DNA from: Octopus bimaculoides
Lineage: Eukaryota
Direction of reading: 5' to 3'
DNA length: 64,000 bases
NCBI RefSeq assembly: GCF_001194135.2
Contig: NC_068987.1
Coordinates: 4,601,743-4,665,742, forward strand
The notes beneath the pieces are model-generated. The model was not told where the DNA came from, searched no databases, and saw only the letters and a program-made list of their open reading frames with translations. Every line of letters begins with the position of its first letter. The stretch's first letter is position 1. Below are positions 1 through 11,611 of the stretch, one piece after another. A program made the position numbers and the translations under genes.

Positions 1-129
1 AGAAAATAAAAATTAGATAGCAATACAAATTCCATTGTAGTTATTAAAGAGAATTAATAAATTCTCCCTGTAAATGGGAGGAAAAAACAAAAAGGAAAAA
101 AGACATTGAATGAAAATGCAAAAACTTAC

Positions 130-980
130 TCTCTTTCCACTTTGCAAATGAATAACACAATGAGCAGATGATACAGTTTGGCCTTTGACCTCATCACCAC
201 TATCATCATCATCATCATTGATTTGGTGTTGGTTAGTAGAAGGTACAAATGATGTATATGAGAGATTTTGATCTTTAACAGCATGCGGGTTAGTAAGTGA
301 AGAACTTCTGGTTTCCAATAGATGTCCATTATGATATGATTGATGAGGAATAATCAGTTCGTTATTTTCTTTAGATTTAGGTATTATTTTACAAGTGGAT
401 GTTCCGTCTTTTAATCGAGTATTTTCTGGTGTCTGTAAAAAAACTTGTGCAACAGCTGTTTCGTTAATTATGTCTTTTCTTAAATTTTGGCCTGATACAC
501 CTGTTACATCTTTCGAAGGTGGTTTGTAAATCTTCTGAGCTAATGCAGATGATATGCTTTCTCTAGCAGTTTGTTTGAGATCAACTTCAGGAGGCCATCT
601 CCCTCGCACATCCGTTTTGTAATCTAGTCGCTGCGTAATGGACCCGTTTCCATTTACACCTGATGACCAACTTGTCAATTTTTCTGGACGCTTTGCCATA
701 GAAATCTGTGCAGTTTGAGCATGAGGCCATCTTTTGACAACACTTTTCTGGCTAACAAGAACAGCTGGCTTTGTTTCAGGTTCACAATGTGGGGAAGAAT
801 CAGTTTCAGAATCGTAGCGTTTGGAAATATCATGTATCTTGGTAGCTTTTTCTGGTGGCCATTTATTGCTAACTTTGACTGCCTTTTCTCTTACTCTCAG
901 ACCAGAATTATTGTTGTTATTATTCTTTGTGGTTATATCGTTGTTGTTGTTGTTATAATAACGATTATTATCACTATTAA

Positions 981-1014
<34 letters not shown>

Positions 1015-1218
1015 GGACAAATTTTTATTTTTAGAATTAGTAAGATCTTCGAGAATGGAAGTGTTTTTAACTCCACTTTCAGTTGACAGTTTATTGTGGT
1101 AGGATTGGATCTTAGTTTTGCTATTGTTTAAGGAACCTTCTAGTTTAGATTTATAGTCTTTTATTGAAACACTGTTAATTAGGGTTCGTGATGGCGCTTT
1201 AAAGGAAGAAATTAAACC
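130..1218 (-). CDS. Coding exon 10 of 10 found (363 codons, phase 0/0), low-complexity N/S/K-rich; gene continues beyond the left edge
   Basis: Acceptor tttacttttcccag|GGT at 1218 and donor AGA|GTAAGT at 130. I translated the frame from 1218 (GLISSFKAPSRT...) without a stop into the supplied ORF 13..1020, ending LQSGKR. Length 1089 nt is divisible by 3. Confidence 0.8.
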
Positions 1219-1523
1219 CTGGGAAAAGTAAATTAAGAATACAATATTACAATAATAATAATATTGGACTTTTAAAAAATACTGGCAGATAGAAAGAGTA
1301 TCGTCTAAAATACTGAAATAAATTAAACTGGGATGAAATCAAGGACACAATCTAAATCTTTAACATAGTGACAGTAGTTGAAGTGTTATGTTCTAAACAA
1401 CCATAACTATGGAGTTGAAATCTTTAACCTAATAAATGAATGTTGGGAAGATCTGTAAATTTAGGCATCAAAATAAGAATATTCATAAAGCATGGAATTG
1501 ACAGACTTTTCTAGTAATAATAA

Positions 1524-1731
1524 TTGTTTCAAATTTTGGCACAAGGCTAGCAATTTTGAGGGGAGGGGTAAGTCAATTGCATTGACTCCAGTACTTGACT
1601 GTTCTTTATTTTATTGATCCCCAAAAGGTTGAAAGGCAAAGTTGACCACAGCAGTATTTGAACTCAGAACATACAGAGTCAGAAGAAATGCTGCTAAGTA
1701 TTTTGTCCAACATGCAAACAACTCTGCTAGC
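1524..1731 (-). mobile_element. SINE family A copy
   Basis: Shares gaaaggcaaagt(t/c)gacc..tttgaactcagaac..ctaag with the other copies; boundaries approximate. Confidence 0.85.
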
Positions 1732-2560
1732 AATAATAAAGATTCAGCAGGATTCAAAATTTGAAGAAAGATTCCTACCAAACTTTGCAAAGACTCATTG
1801 ACAACACTCCAAGAACCAGTAGTCTTTTCCTGATGCTCAGCACCTTATTCAAAGATGCAGCTAATTTCAATTTGCAGAAAATTCAACAGAAATTAACTTA
1901 ATAACTATTGAAAATTTTCCATGGCTATAAATACGGAAAATTTCTTATTTCACTATGTACAATAATCCATTGAGCTAGTTGGCATTATCTTTGATTTAAG
2001 CTGCCATTATGTGAATAATAGCTAAATCTCATCTATACCTTGAAAAGTACAGATACTGAATAGATTAACATCCTTCAAGTACTGGTAATGTTGTTAGCTC
2101 TTAACTGCTGGAAACATCAACTAAATCAAGATAAGGGATTAGCTCAAAATGCAATCCAACTCTTACAGAAGCAGTGTATCCAAGCGTTTATAATAACAAC
2201 ATGCAGTGAACTACCACTTTATCTACTTCAACATGGTATCTCTGATAACAAATATTTTGTAGTGGAGTTGATATAATCAACTGGACCAATTCCAGTGTGA
2301 TATTGGCATGAAACTACAAGAAATCTTCTATGTATTCACTTGACTTGTTTAATCTAACAGCTAAACCTAGGTAAAAAAAAAAAAAATCTTTTCATCTCTA
2401 GAATGGAAACCATATTTAGTCAAGACCTTGCTAAATGTGACACTCACATAAATTCACATTTTACTAACTAGAAATGTGAAGAACAAAGTCAACCCAGAAA
2501 GCACCAAACCAAAGAAATATTATAAAACACCTAGTTTTGTCATTTCGGGGCACATCTCTA

Positions 2561-2768
2561 AAACTATAGGTACAAGGCCAGCAGCTTTGAGGAGAGGGAA
2601 AGTCGATTATACTGACTTCTCTGCTCAACTGGTGCTTATTTTATCAACCCTGGAAGAATGAAAGGCAAAGTCAACCATAGCAGAATCTGAACACAGAACA
2701 TAAGGCAAGAAGAAATGCTGCTAAGCATTTTGTCTGGCACACTAATGATTCTGCATGTTCATTGCCTT
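2561..2768 (-). mobile_element. SINE family A copy
   Basis: Same diagnostic motifs; boundaries approximate. Confidence 0.85.
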
Positions 2769-2947
2769 TTTTGCATTATTCTAAATCGATAAATCTTTAA
2801 CAGTACAAATAAAATCAATAAAAAAATTAAAAGCTTCTCAAATTTCTTGAAATTTAAAAAAAAGTAACTCTACTCAATTCTGAAGGATTTGTTATTTTAT
2901 TTTCTTAACAATGAATAAAATCGAACAAATGCCTCAAGGATGCTTAC

Positions 2948-3013
2948 GTTTTCTTGAAGATTTATATTTCTTTTAGCAAATTCTTTTGGTTCTTGTTTAC
3001 TCACAGCTTCAAA
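2948..3013 (-). CDS. Coding exon 9 (22 codons, FEAVSKQEPKEFAKRNINLQEN, phase 0/0)
   Basis: Acceptor tttttccccatacag|TTT, donor AAC|GTAAGC, open frame, phase matches both neighbours. Confidence 0.65.
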
Positions 3014-3829
3014 CTGTATGGGGAAAAATGTTTGGTTCTTAAGACAAGACAGAAAGTAAGTGAGATCTACTTTTGCTTTAAATGTTCAATATCTAACATC
3101 TTGATACAGTTAGTAATTTAATAGGGTGAAGAAAACTATTTCTAAAAAAGCAAGAGACAAAAAAACTAAATAATGTTTGCTTTCCATTTTTTTTACATCC
3201 ATTTTTTGTGCTCTCTGCCTTTTTCATTTTTCTTTTACTTGGTTTATTTAGAAACTTGTACATAGATTGTTGCAAAAAATATCTTTCAAGCTGAATGCCT
3301 TTCCTGCTACTAACCACCCAACCATGAACTGAAGTCTATTTTACCAGTGCGGATGGATGAGGTAAGTAATACAATCTACCTTGAATAACACAAATGACTA
3401 GTCCAAGGATTGAACTCAGTAACACTGAAGCAGTTACGCTAGAGGAAATTCTAACGGTAAGAGTTACACATTGAATACATGAATAAACACAATACTAATG
3501 AAGCATATGCATGAGTGAGGTATATGTGTGTATTATAGTTTTCCCTTCATTACATTATGATATAGATAAGAAAAGGAAAACAGTGTTAGATTACAGAGTG
3601 AAAGAGATAGGTGGAGCCAATAGCTAGGATAGAGCAGGATGAAAATAGCAAGTTCTGTAAACATTCTGTAAGTTACTCAGATAGATTTAACAGCAGGGTA
3701 TCATTTGCCAGCCAAAAATAGCCGGACAATAAATGAGTCGAAATATTTTAGCTGAAAATACCATTACATAATTTTATCATGATATCTCTTAACACAATCA
3801 CTTGAAAACTAATCATTTGTTTCCTTTCT

Positions 3830-3865
<36 letters not shown>

Positions 3866-4957
3866 TATATATACATCATCATCAATATTTGTTTTTGTTT
3901 ATTTGATCTAAACATAAGGAAAATAGTTTTGATTTTATTCCTTTTTAACTGTTTCTTAGAAATTTTAGAAATTAACTTGGAAGATGCCAAAAATGAACAC
4001 TATCGTACAAACACACACAGATGTATATTTATTATATTCATTATATGTATTGTGTGTATATGTTTGAGTGTGTGTGCACACACAAAACACAGCATGTGTT
4101 TGAAATCTAAAACTAATTTAAAGTAATCAAGCTACGGATGTTTTAAAGCGTTTACATTGAAACTTTCCATGCATATATTTACATCTGTTTAAAGTTTCAC
4201 AGTGAGGGTTTAAAAATAACTGTGGTTTAACTAATTCAAGTTTATTTTAGATATAGGTGTGTATATGTGCAAATACACATATACACATATATTCATGTCT
4301 ATACAAATATACATGAATCTGAGATAACTTTAAAGCTAATTTTCTAGATTTTTATGTGTATATCAGATAATTGTACATGAACTGTTGGAGGAAATATTTA
4401 AATATTTTTTTTATATCTGGATGATAACCCATTTTCTAGTGCTAACAATTAAACTTTAAACTGATTTGTCTGAGACAAGAACAATTCCATAACAGTTGGT
4501 TAAAGTTTTCCTTTCCAAAAAGATTAAATTTGGACATTTATTGTTCTTACTTTCTTTTGTATATCCTTCAAGTTTGAACCTCTGTTAGGAATAAGATTCT
4601 TCTCAGGAGTGCCATTCCTTTTATTTGTCTAAAATTAAATTTTGGTCATTTATCATCAGGCATATATAGAAAACTGTTCTTAACAATAGTAAGAATATTG
4701 ATATTAGAGATAATAATGTTGATATCGAATAGTAATTTTTATTGATTACAATGTCATTATAATATAACTAACATAGCCAAGAAGTTTGAGAATGGATACA
4801 GTCAGGTACATCTCCCTCCAATATTCAGCTGGTTATTATTTTTCTGACCCCATGAGGTTAAAAAGTAAAGCTGAACCTCAAAACATATGGATTCAGATTG
4901 TAGAGGGTCGTGTAACTAAACAACATGATGAGGCATTTTGTCATAATAATAATAATG

Positions 4958-5005
<48 letters not shown>

Positions 5006-5018
5006 GTAATAATAATTA

Positions 5019-5203
5019 TGGTTCCAAATTTTGACACAGGGCCAGCAGTTTTTGAGGGGAGGGGTAAGTCTATTATATTAACCCCATACTTGACGAAAGG
5101 TGAAGTTGACCTCGGTGGAAGCAGAGATCAGAATGTAAAAACCATCATAAATTGCTACTAAGCAACTTGTCTGGTATGCTAATGAGTCTACCAGCTCACC
5201 GCC

Positions 5204-5265
<62 letters not shown>

Positions 5266-5478
5266 CCTTTCTACTCTAGGCACAAGGCCTGAAATTTGGG
5301 GGAGGAGGATAGTCGATTACATTGACCCCAGTGTTTCACTGGTACTTAATTTAATGACCCTGAAAGGATCAAAGGCAAAGTTGGCCTCAGCAGCATTTGA
5401 ACTCAGAACATAGCGGCAGACAAAATACCACTAAGCATTTCGCCCAGCCTGCTAACAATTCTGCTAGATCAATGCCCT
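5019..5478 (-). mobile_element. Two tandem SINE family A copies (about 5019-5205 and 5266-5478) embedded in (AAT)n
   Basis: Two same-orientation copies, each flanked by AAT microsatellite. Confidence 0.85.
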
Positions 5479-5481
5479 AAC

Positions 5482-5537
<56 letters not shown>

Positions 5538-5868
5538 TAAGTGATTTCTACTTTTGGCAGGAGACCACAAATTCTGTACAGTGGGTACAATCAATTAAAT
5601 TAACCCAGGTACATATTTTATCAATTTTGAAAGATTAAAAAACAAGGCAAACCTTGTTGGGAGGTGAAGGGATGTAGCTAAATACTAAATGACATTTCAT
5701 CTAACATTCCACTAATTCTGGCAATTTATCATCCAAGATGTGAATGCCCACATTTCTTACAAAAATATTTCAATTGATTGATAGCATTGAAATTTGTTAA
5801 AAAAAATTTGGAATAATTATTTGAGTTGCTAGTTTTAGAGAGAATTCCATAGACTAAGTTGTTCCTAC

Positions 5869-5973
5869 CTGGTAATCTGGTTGTTTTGGATCTTTCAACC
5901 ATGGAACCGGTTCCAAATGATTGGTATGAACACTAAGAAAACTAAATTTACCAGAGTCAGGTGAAGTGGATTC
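5869..5973 (-). CDS. Coding exon 8 (35 codons, ESTSPDSGKFSFLSVHTNHLEPVPWLKDPKQPDYQ, phase 0/0)
   Basis: Acceptor tatctcttctttag|GAA, donor CAG|GTAGGA, 105 nt with no stop, phase-compatible. Confidence 0.65.
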
Positions 5974-6358
5974 CTAAAGAAGAGATATTCAACTCTTTTA
6001 ATCAGGTTGATTAAAGAATTTCGCTTGGATGGTGATACTCACCTGCTAGAACTAATGTAATCAATGCAGTCCATAATTAAGAAAACAAATTAGAATAATT
6101 AATTAAATACTACAAAACGTTTCAGTCATTGTACTGTGCAGCCATACTGGAGCACTGCCTTGTAGAGCGAGATGGATAAAACAACTCCAGTACACATTTT
6201 AAGTTGTACTTATTGTATTGATTTTCTTTTGGTGAATCATGAAGCTACTGAGATGCAAACAAACCAACAGTGGTTTGTCAAGGAGTGGGGTAGGGGTGAG
6301 GCAAACAGAAATGAACACATATATACACACATGTATGTATATGTCTATGTATGTGTGC

Positions 6359-6397
<39 letters not shown>

Positions 6398-6833
6398 NNN
6401 NNNNNNNNNNNNNNNNNNNNNNNNNNNNNNNNNNNNNNNNNNNNNNNNNNNNNNNNNNNNNNNNNNNNNNNNNNNNNNNNNNNNNNNNNNNNNNNNNNNN
6501 NNNNNNNNNNNNNNNNNNNNNNNNNNNNNNNNNNNNNNNNNNNNNNNNNNNNNNNNNNNNNNNNNNNNNNNNNNNNNNNNNNNNNNNNNNNNNNNNNNNN
6601 NNNNNNNNNNNNNNNNNNNNNNNNNNNNNNNNTATATATACATCTACAGTTTCTGTCTGCCAAATTCATTCACAAAGCAGTGTTTCGTCCTAGACCAAAG
6701 TAGAAGACACTTACTCAAAGTGCTGCACAGTAGGACTGAACCCCAAATCTTGTGATTGCAAAGTGAATTTCTAAACCACACAGCTATCCTTGCACTTTTA
6801 TTTTTATCTCATTTTATTTATTTATTTTAATCA

Positions 6834-7230
6834 ATAGAGGCTAACGAGAGTAAAATGAGGAAACATACTAAGCTGGTGGAATTATGTCAAAGTAACAAGT
6901 GTCAAGTGATCCCATCACAAGAGGATGCAGAAGGTTTGTCAGCCAATCCTTCAGCAGAACTCACAACATACTTGACATCACAGGGGCCAATAGGCTGAAG
7001 GTTATCTGGTTGACTGTAGGGGCAACAATGGTTGCCTCAAGATAACTGTGGGTCAGAAGGCAAAAGTCCTGGAATGAGCAATGCTACCAGGGATGGTGTC
7101 AACTGGACACAAGATGGGGCTGGGTTACCTGGATGATGGTGTCTGATGTTGAAGGGACCCAAACACCTGATAACCTCAGGAAACATCACTGATGATGTAT
7201 CCAGGAGCATCAGAGGGAGATGTGTAGAAA
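6834..7230 (+). mobile_element. Decayed 3' end of an RLE-type non-LTR retrotransposon (HERO/NeSL-like)
   Basis: Translates, with a frameshift and a stop, to EANESKMRKHTKLVELCQ..PITRGCRRFVSQS..ILDITGANR..ASR*LWVRR. This matches the recalled HERO C-terminus (ERK..KY..L, P.EVGCRGF, LWIKR); it is followed by a 3' UTR shared with the copy at 46.5 kb. Confidence 0.7.
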
Positions 7231-7893
7231 AACTTGATGTACATTTTAAATATGTGTACGTCCATGTAGGATTATGACATATGAGCCCAGTTGGACATGA
7301 AACTCTAGGCCTTTGAGTCACTCACATTTCATTTCTAGCAAATTAGAGATGATACAATACTCCACGTAATATGCATTTAATTTACTTTTTTCAAATTATA
7401 AAACTAATCATGTCTTTTGACATTGCTGGGTTTCATAGTAGAATACTTCCCTATCTTTGGAATCTCTAGTACACAACTCAGTGTTGAGTCTCTTCATGGC
7501 TTTTAATATGACTATGACACATTCAAGTAGAGAGAAGAAGAGATACATTAAAAGGACAAGCTGAGTTTGCAAATTATGCCAGTAAAGAGAGAAGTTTATT
7601 TAGAGATAAGCGTACCAGTGTCGGTTGAAAGAATTTTGTACAAAATGGACAAACTATTAAGAACGAGTGATAATGTTTAGGTTACGGTATAAATGTAGAA
7701 TTTCATTCTATGCAATGTTCTTCATGATAACATTCTAACATCAATGTAAACACTATCCACTTTATTTTAAATTCTTAATCAACTTCTACTTTTCATTGGG
7801 ATTAAAGAAATGGAATTTGATAATCTGTTGGAAAAAAATAGTTACACAGCTTCATATTGGTTTGATGGCCTTTTTACTTATATTTAAAATTGT

Positions 7894-7944
<51 letters not shown>

Positions 7945-8312
7945 TTGTCTAGTTTACTTTGGCAAAACTGAGGAGAATCTTCATAACCTCGTAATCAAAT
8001 CTTATTCCAAATCATTGAAATTACTGGAAGAACACCAGATTCCATATTGGTGAAATCTAAACTATTTTAGCACCCCTTTAAGAATGAAAAATAATGTCAG
8101 CTTCTCCAAGTTCTGAATTGAAAGACATGAGACTCTAATGTAAATAGTTCCTTCAAAATAAATGTTCCTTCTATATAATAACAGAACCTGTTTAGCAAAT
8201 ACATTCAACTAAATATATCAAAAAAACATCTAAGTATTTGGAACTCAAGTTAGAATGAAGGCAAATATTGTTGCAATAATGAAAAGAAATTTATATTTTT
8301 TAATTTGCTCAC

Positions 8313-8726
8313 CCTTGTTTCAGTTAGGTTTGAAGATTTATAAGTATAATCATCGTTGGCAACCTTTGGGTACATATTATTCAGTATTGTTGCTGAAAGT
8401 TGCCCAGGATCTGCCAGAAGATTTGCAGTACTTACTCGTATTTCAGCACAAGATTCAAAGGTGTCTTTTACAGGAGAGCAAAAAGAGTTATAAGAATTTC
8501 CATTGTGGTTTTGAAGTTCCAATGACGTGTCGGATTTCTCTGGTCCTTCTTCGAAGTCGCTATCACAATCATCCTCCTCCTCATCGTCATCATCTTTTTC
8601 ATCATCCCCATCGTCCTCATTATTACAGCCATATGTGATGTCTCTTTTAATGTTATAATGATATGAAACGGGGTCACAACCGTTTGATGTCTCCTTGGTA
8701 ACCAGTTGTTTGTAACTTGCATTAAT
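8313..8726 (-). CDS. Coding exon 7 (138 codons, INASYKQLV...acidic D/E tract...NLTETR, phase 0/0)
   Basis: Acceptor ttgcatgttaacag|ATT, donor AGG|GTGAGC, 414 nt open frame that includes supplied ORF 8250..8522. Confidence 0.75.
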
Positions 8727-8959
8727 CTGTTAACATGCAATAAATAAACATGCAAGAAATAACATGCTATGATAACAAACAGACAAACAAAAGCAAAACA
8801 AAGCAGAAATCAATCAACAAAAAACACAACAAACATGGATTAACATGAAGATTAATCCATCTCATGCAGGATTAACAAAAGAAAAAGATGAAAACGTCTA
8901 TAAAAGTGAAGAAAGCTGTAAGAGGGATTAGATCCTCTTTAAACTAAACCTATTCTTTT

Positions 8960-9346
8960 TTCTGTTATTCTTTCCTCCGTTTCAGTCATTTGACTGTGGC
9001 CATGCTGGAGCACCACCTTTAGTCAATCAAATCGACCCGAGGACTTATTCTTTGTAAGCCTAGTACTTATTCTATCATTCTCTTTTGCCAAACTGGTAGG
9101 TTACAGGGACGTAAACACACCAGCATTGGTTGTCAAGTGATGTTAAGAGGACAAACACAGATACACATACATATATATATACGATGGGCTTCTTTCAGTT
9201 TCCTGTACATCAAATCCACTCAGAAGGCTTTGGTCAGCCCTAGGCTACAGTAGAAGCCACTTGCCCAAGGTGCCACGCAGTGGGACTGAACCCAGAACCA
9301 TGTGGTTGGTAAGTAAGCCACTTACCACACAGCCACTCCTGCACCT
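8960..9346 (-). mobile_element. SINE family B, near full length
   Basis: tRNA-like head at the right end (ggagtggctgtgtggtaag..ggttcagtcccac); body shared with 34625-35245, 61795-62186, 6644-6795 and 30020-30183. Confidence 0.88.
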
Positions 9347-9522
9347 AAGATGGATTAGATTATCTTTAAACTAAACCTAAGAGATAAAGATAATATATCA
9401 CAATTTAATTTTTGATGATTGTGTATTATCACATTATTTGGTGGACATTGACGAGAGCTGCCACCAAATTACAAAGTAAATTAGAGGCTAGAAACTTAAT
9501 ATGGTAAGCACGACAGCTCTAA

Positions 9523-9737
9523 CCCTTTCGTTACCGACTTGGCTGAAACTGGCTCTGTAGTACAAATGTCTTGTTTTCATAAGTTCTGAATTAAAATCTT
9601 CCACCAAACCTTAGTCACAATTTATGTTTCTAACACTAGCTTAATGATAACTATGTTATTTTATTAAATTCTCTTTTATATCTAAAATAATTGAGAGAAA
9701 CACAGAGCATCTCTAAATAAATACAGTAACGAAAGGG
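9523..9737. mobile_element. piggyBac-type MITE
   Basis: TIRs CCCTTTCGTTAC / GTAACGAAAGGG with degenerate TTAA flanks (CTAA, TTGA). Confidence 0.75.
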
Positions 9738-10589
9738 TTGATGAGTCAAGGCCAAAGCTGTATATAGAAGAGATAAACAATGTTGAACATTGCTTGAATC
9801 AACCAAAGACAAGGGCAACAACTCAGTACCAAAAAAAAATTTTGGAAACGGGTTGATGCACCAGAGAGAATGGGGGGGGGGGGAGGCCCAATTTATTGAA
9901 ACTGGAAATAGGCACTGGGGGTGCTAGAAAGAGCAGTCAGATATTTGGCAGACATAGTAACAACTCTGCTTCGAAACTGACACAAAGTCAAATCTTAGGT
10001 ATACATCTAGTTTAAAAAATAGATTTACTATCACATATCCAATAGCTTCAGTTTGTTATTTATAAATATTTTATTAACCACAAGAGGCTTGAGCTAAAAT
10101 GCAAAGCTGCTCTCAGACAGATGCAGAATTTGGATTTAAGAGCTGTCAAGTACAAGACTACATATCATAAAGTTTTATGATATATTAAACTTTATGACAT
10201 ATTTCATACTCTAGATATATCATAGACTTTATGATACATATAAAAGTCTGCTCCTCTTCAAATTATTAATATTAGATACCAAACATTTACTGCTGCACAA
10301 AATTTCACCATAAATATATATTAAACACATAAGCGTGTGTATAGAATATAAAAAAAAACATTTCATGTTATGTTATTTAATAACAAGAGATGTTGGGTGA
10401 AATAAAGTAAAAGAATATATATATTTCCAGAAAACAGGCAGATATTTTATAGTATCATAATTACAATACGGTGCTTTATTTCACATATGTTTCTATTAGA
10501 GATATTTGAGGGTGATAATTATGATATATGCTCAACACCAGATTCTCATCAAGTTTTCCCTTACACAATTATACTGTTCTTGCCTAGAT

Positions 10590-10602
10590 ATATATGCACA
10601 CA

Positions 10603-10654
<52 letters not shown>

Positions 10655-10769
10655 CACACATATATATACATATATATATATATGTATGCATATGTATGTA
10701 TACATATATATGTATATATAAATACATATATATATACATATATATATATCTACATACATATCTATATAC

Positions 10770-10803
<34 letters not shown>

Positions 10804-10855
10804 ATATATATACATATATATGTATATGTATGCATATATTTGTGTATGTATGTAG
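10590..10855. repeat. Compound (CA)n/(TA)n microsatellite, one of many
   Basis: Direct reading. Confidence 0.95.
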
Positions 10856-11457
10856 GTACTTAATAATATATGTGACTGCACACATACAGAGTGTTGCTTC
10901 TTTGATGAGGCTAGAAGGGAAGTAGACAAATAAGGTGCTAACGACTAGTTTTTATCACAGTCAGGTGGTGCTAGCTCTCTTCTATATCAGTGTATTAATA
11001 AATCCAATCAAGATTGCACAAGCAGAAGGTAAAACATACCTGACATTTAATATTTGTTATACCTGTGTAGAAGAACGCTTGAAATGTGGCAAAGATTATT
11101 ATTATCATCACTATCTCTTTTATTACTGAGACATATATATATATATATATTTATATATATTCTTTATTTCTGGATTAACAAGGTTACCAATGGTTTCATG
11201 TCAAGAAGAATTTCTTGACAATTATCTAGCCTGCCCCTTGCGAAAGTTGGTGCTTGTCTCCCACAAATAAAGATTTTCCAATACGGTGTTGATCAGTCAT
11301 TCTCATTGTTTAATATTTTAACATGTATATATATTTGTTTGTTTGATTTTTTTTAATGATAAGTTGTAATAAAAGCAATTTAACATTAAACTGGAGAATT
11401 ACACAATATATATACATATATATATATTTTTTTTTTTTGTATTTTTAGTATTTTTAC

Positions 11458-11546
11458 AAGAGGGGTGATAGTGACTTCGAAATTTTAGCCTGCTAGCCTA
11501 CATCAGACTGTCAGGCAGAAACTTCGAAGTCATTGTTGCTATTCTT
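11458..11546 (+). ncRNA. pri-miRNA-like hairpin (candidate microRNA)
   Basis: Bulge-free 35-position stem (11458-11492 with 11512-11546): 25 Watson-Crick pairs, 7 G.U, 3 mismatches, 19-nt loop. No expression data. Confidence 0.5.
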
Positions 11547-11560
11547 TATGTAAAAGTATA

Positions 11561-11611
<51 letters not shown>

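Noticed and set aside
3093-3317. K-rich minus-strand ORF as an extra exon
   Set aside because: No credible in-phase donor and a weak acceptor.
6172-6755. Long ORFs containing X runs (also 15918, 23780, 24723, 27113, 45914, 47125, 62563)
   Set aside because: They are stop-free only because they cross N-gaps and (TA)n/(CA)n tracts.
7037-7321. 94-aa minus-strand ORF
   Set aside because: Antisense shadow of the HERO-like fragment.
10487-10885. YI/HT/CV-rich ORFs (also 21445, 63634)
   Set aside because: Translations of dinucleotide microsatellites.
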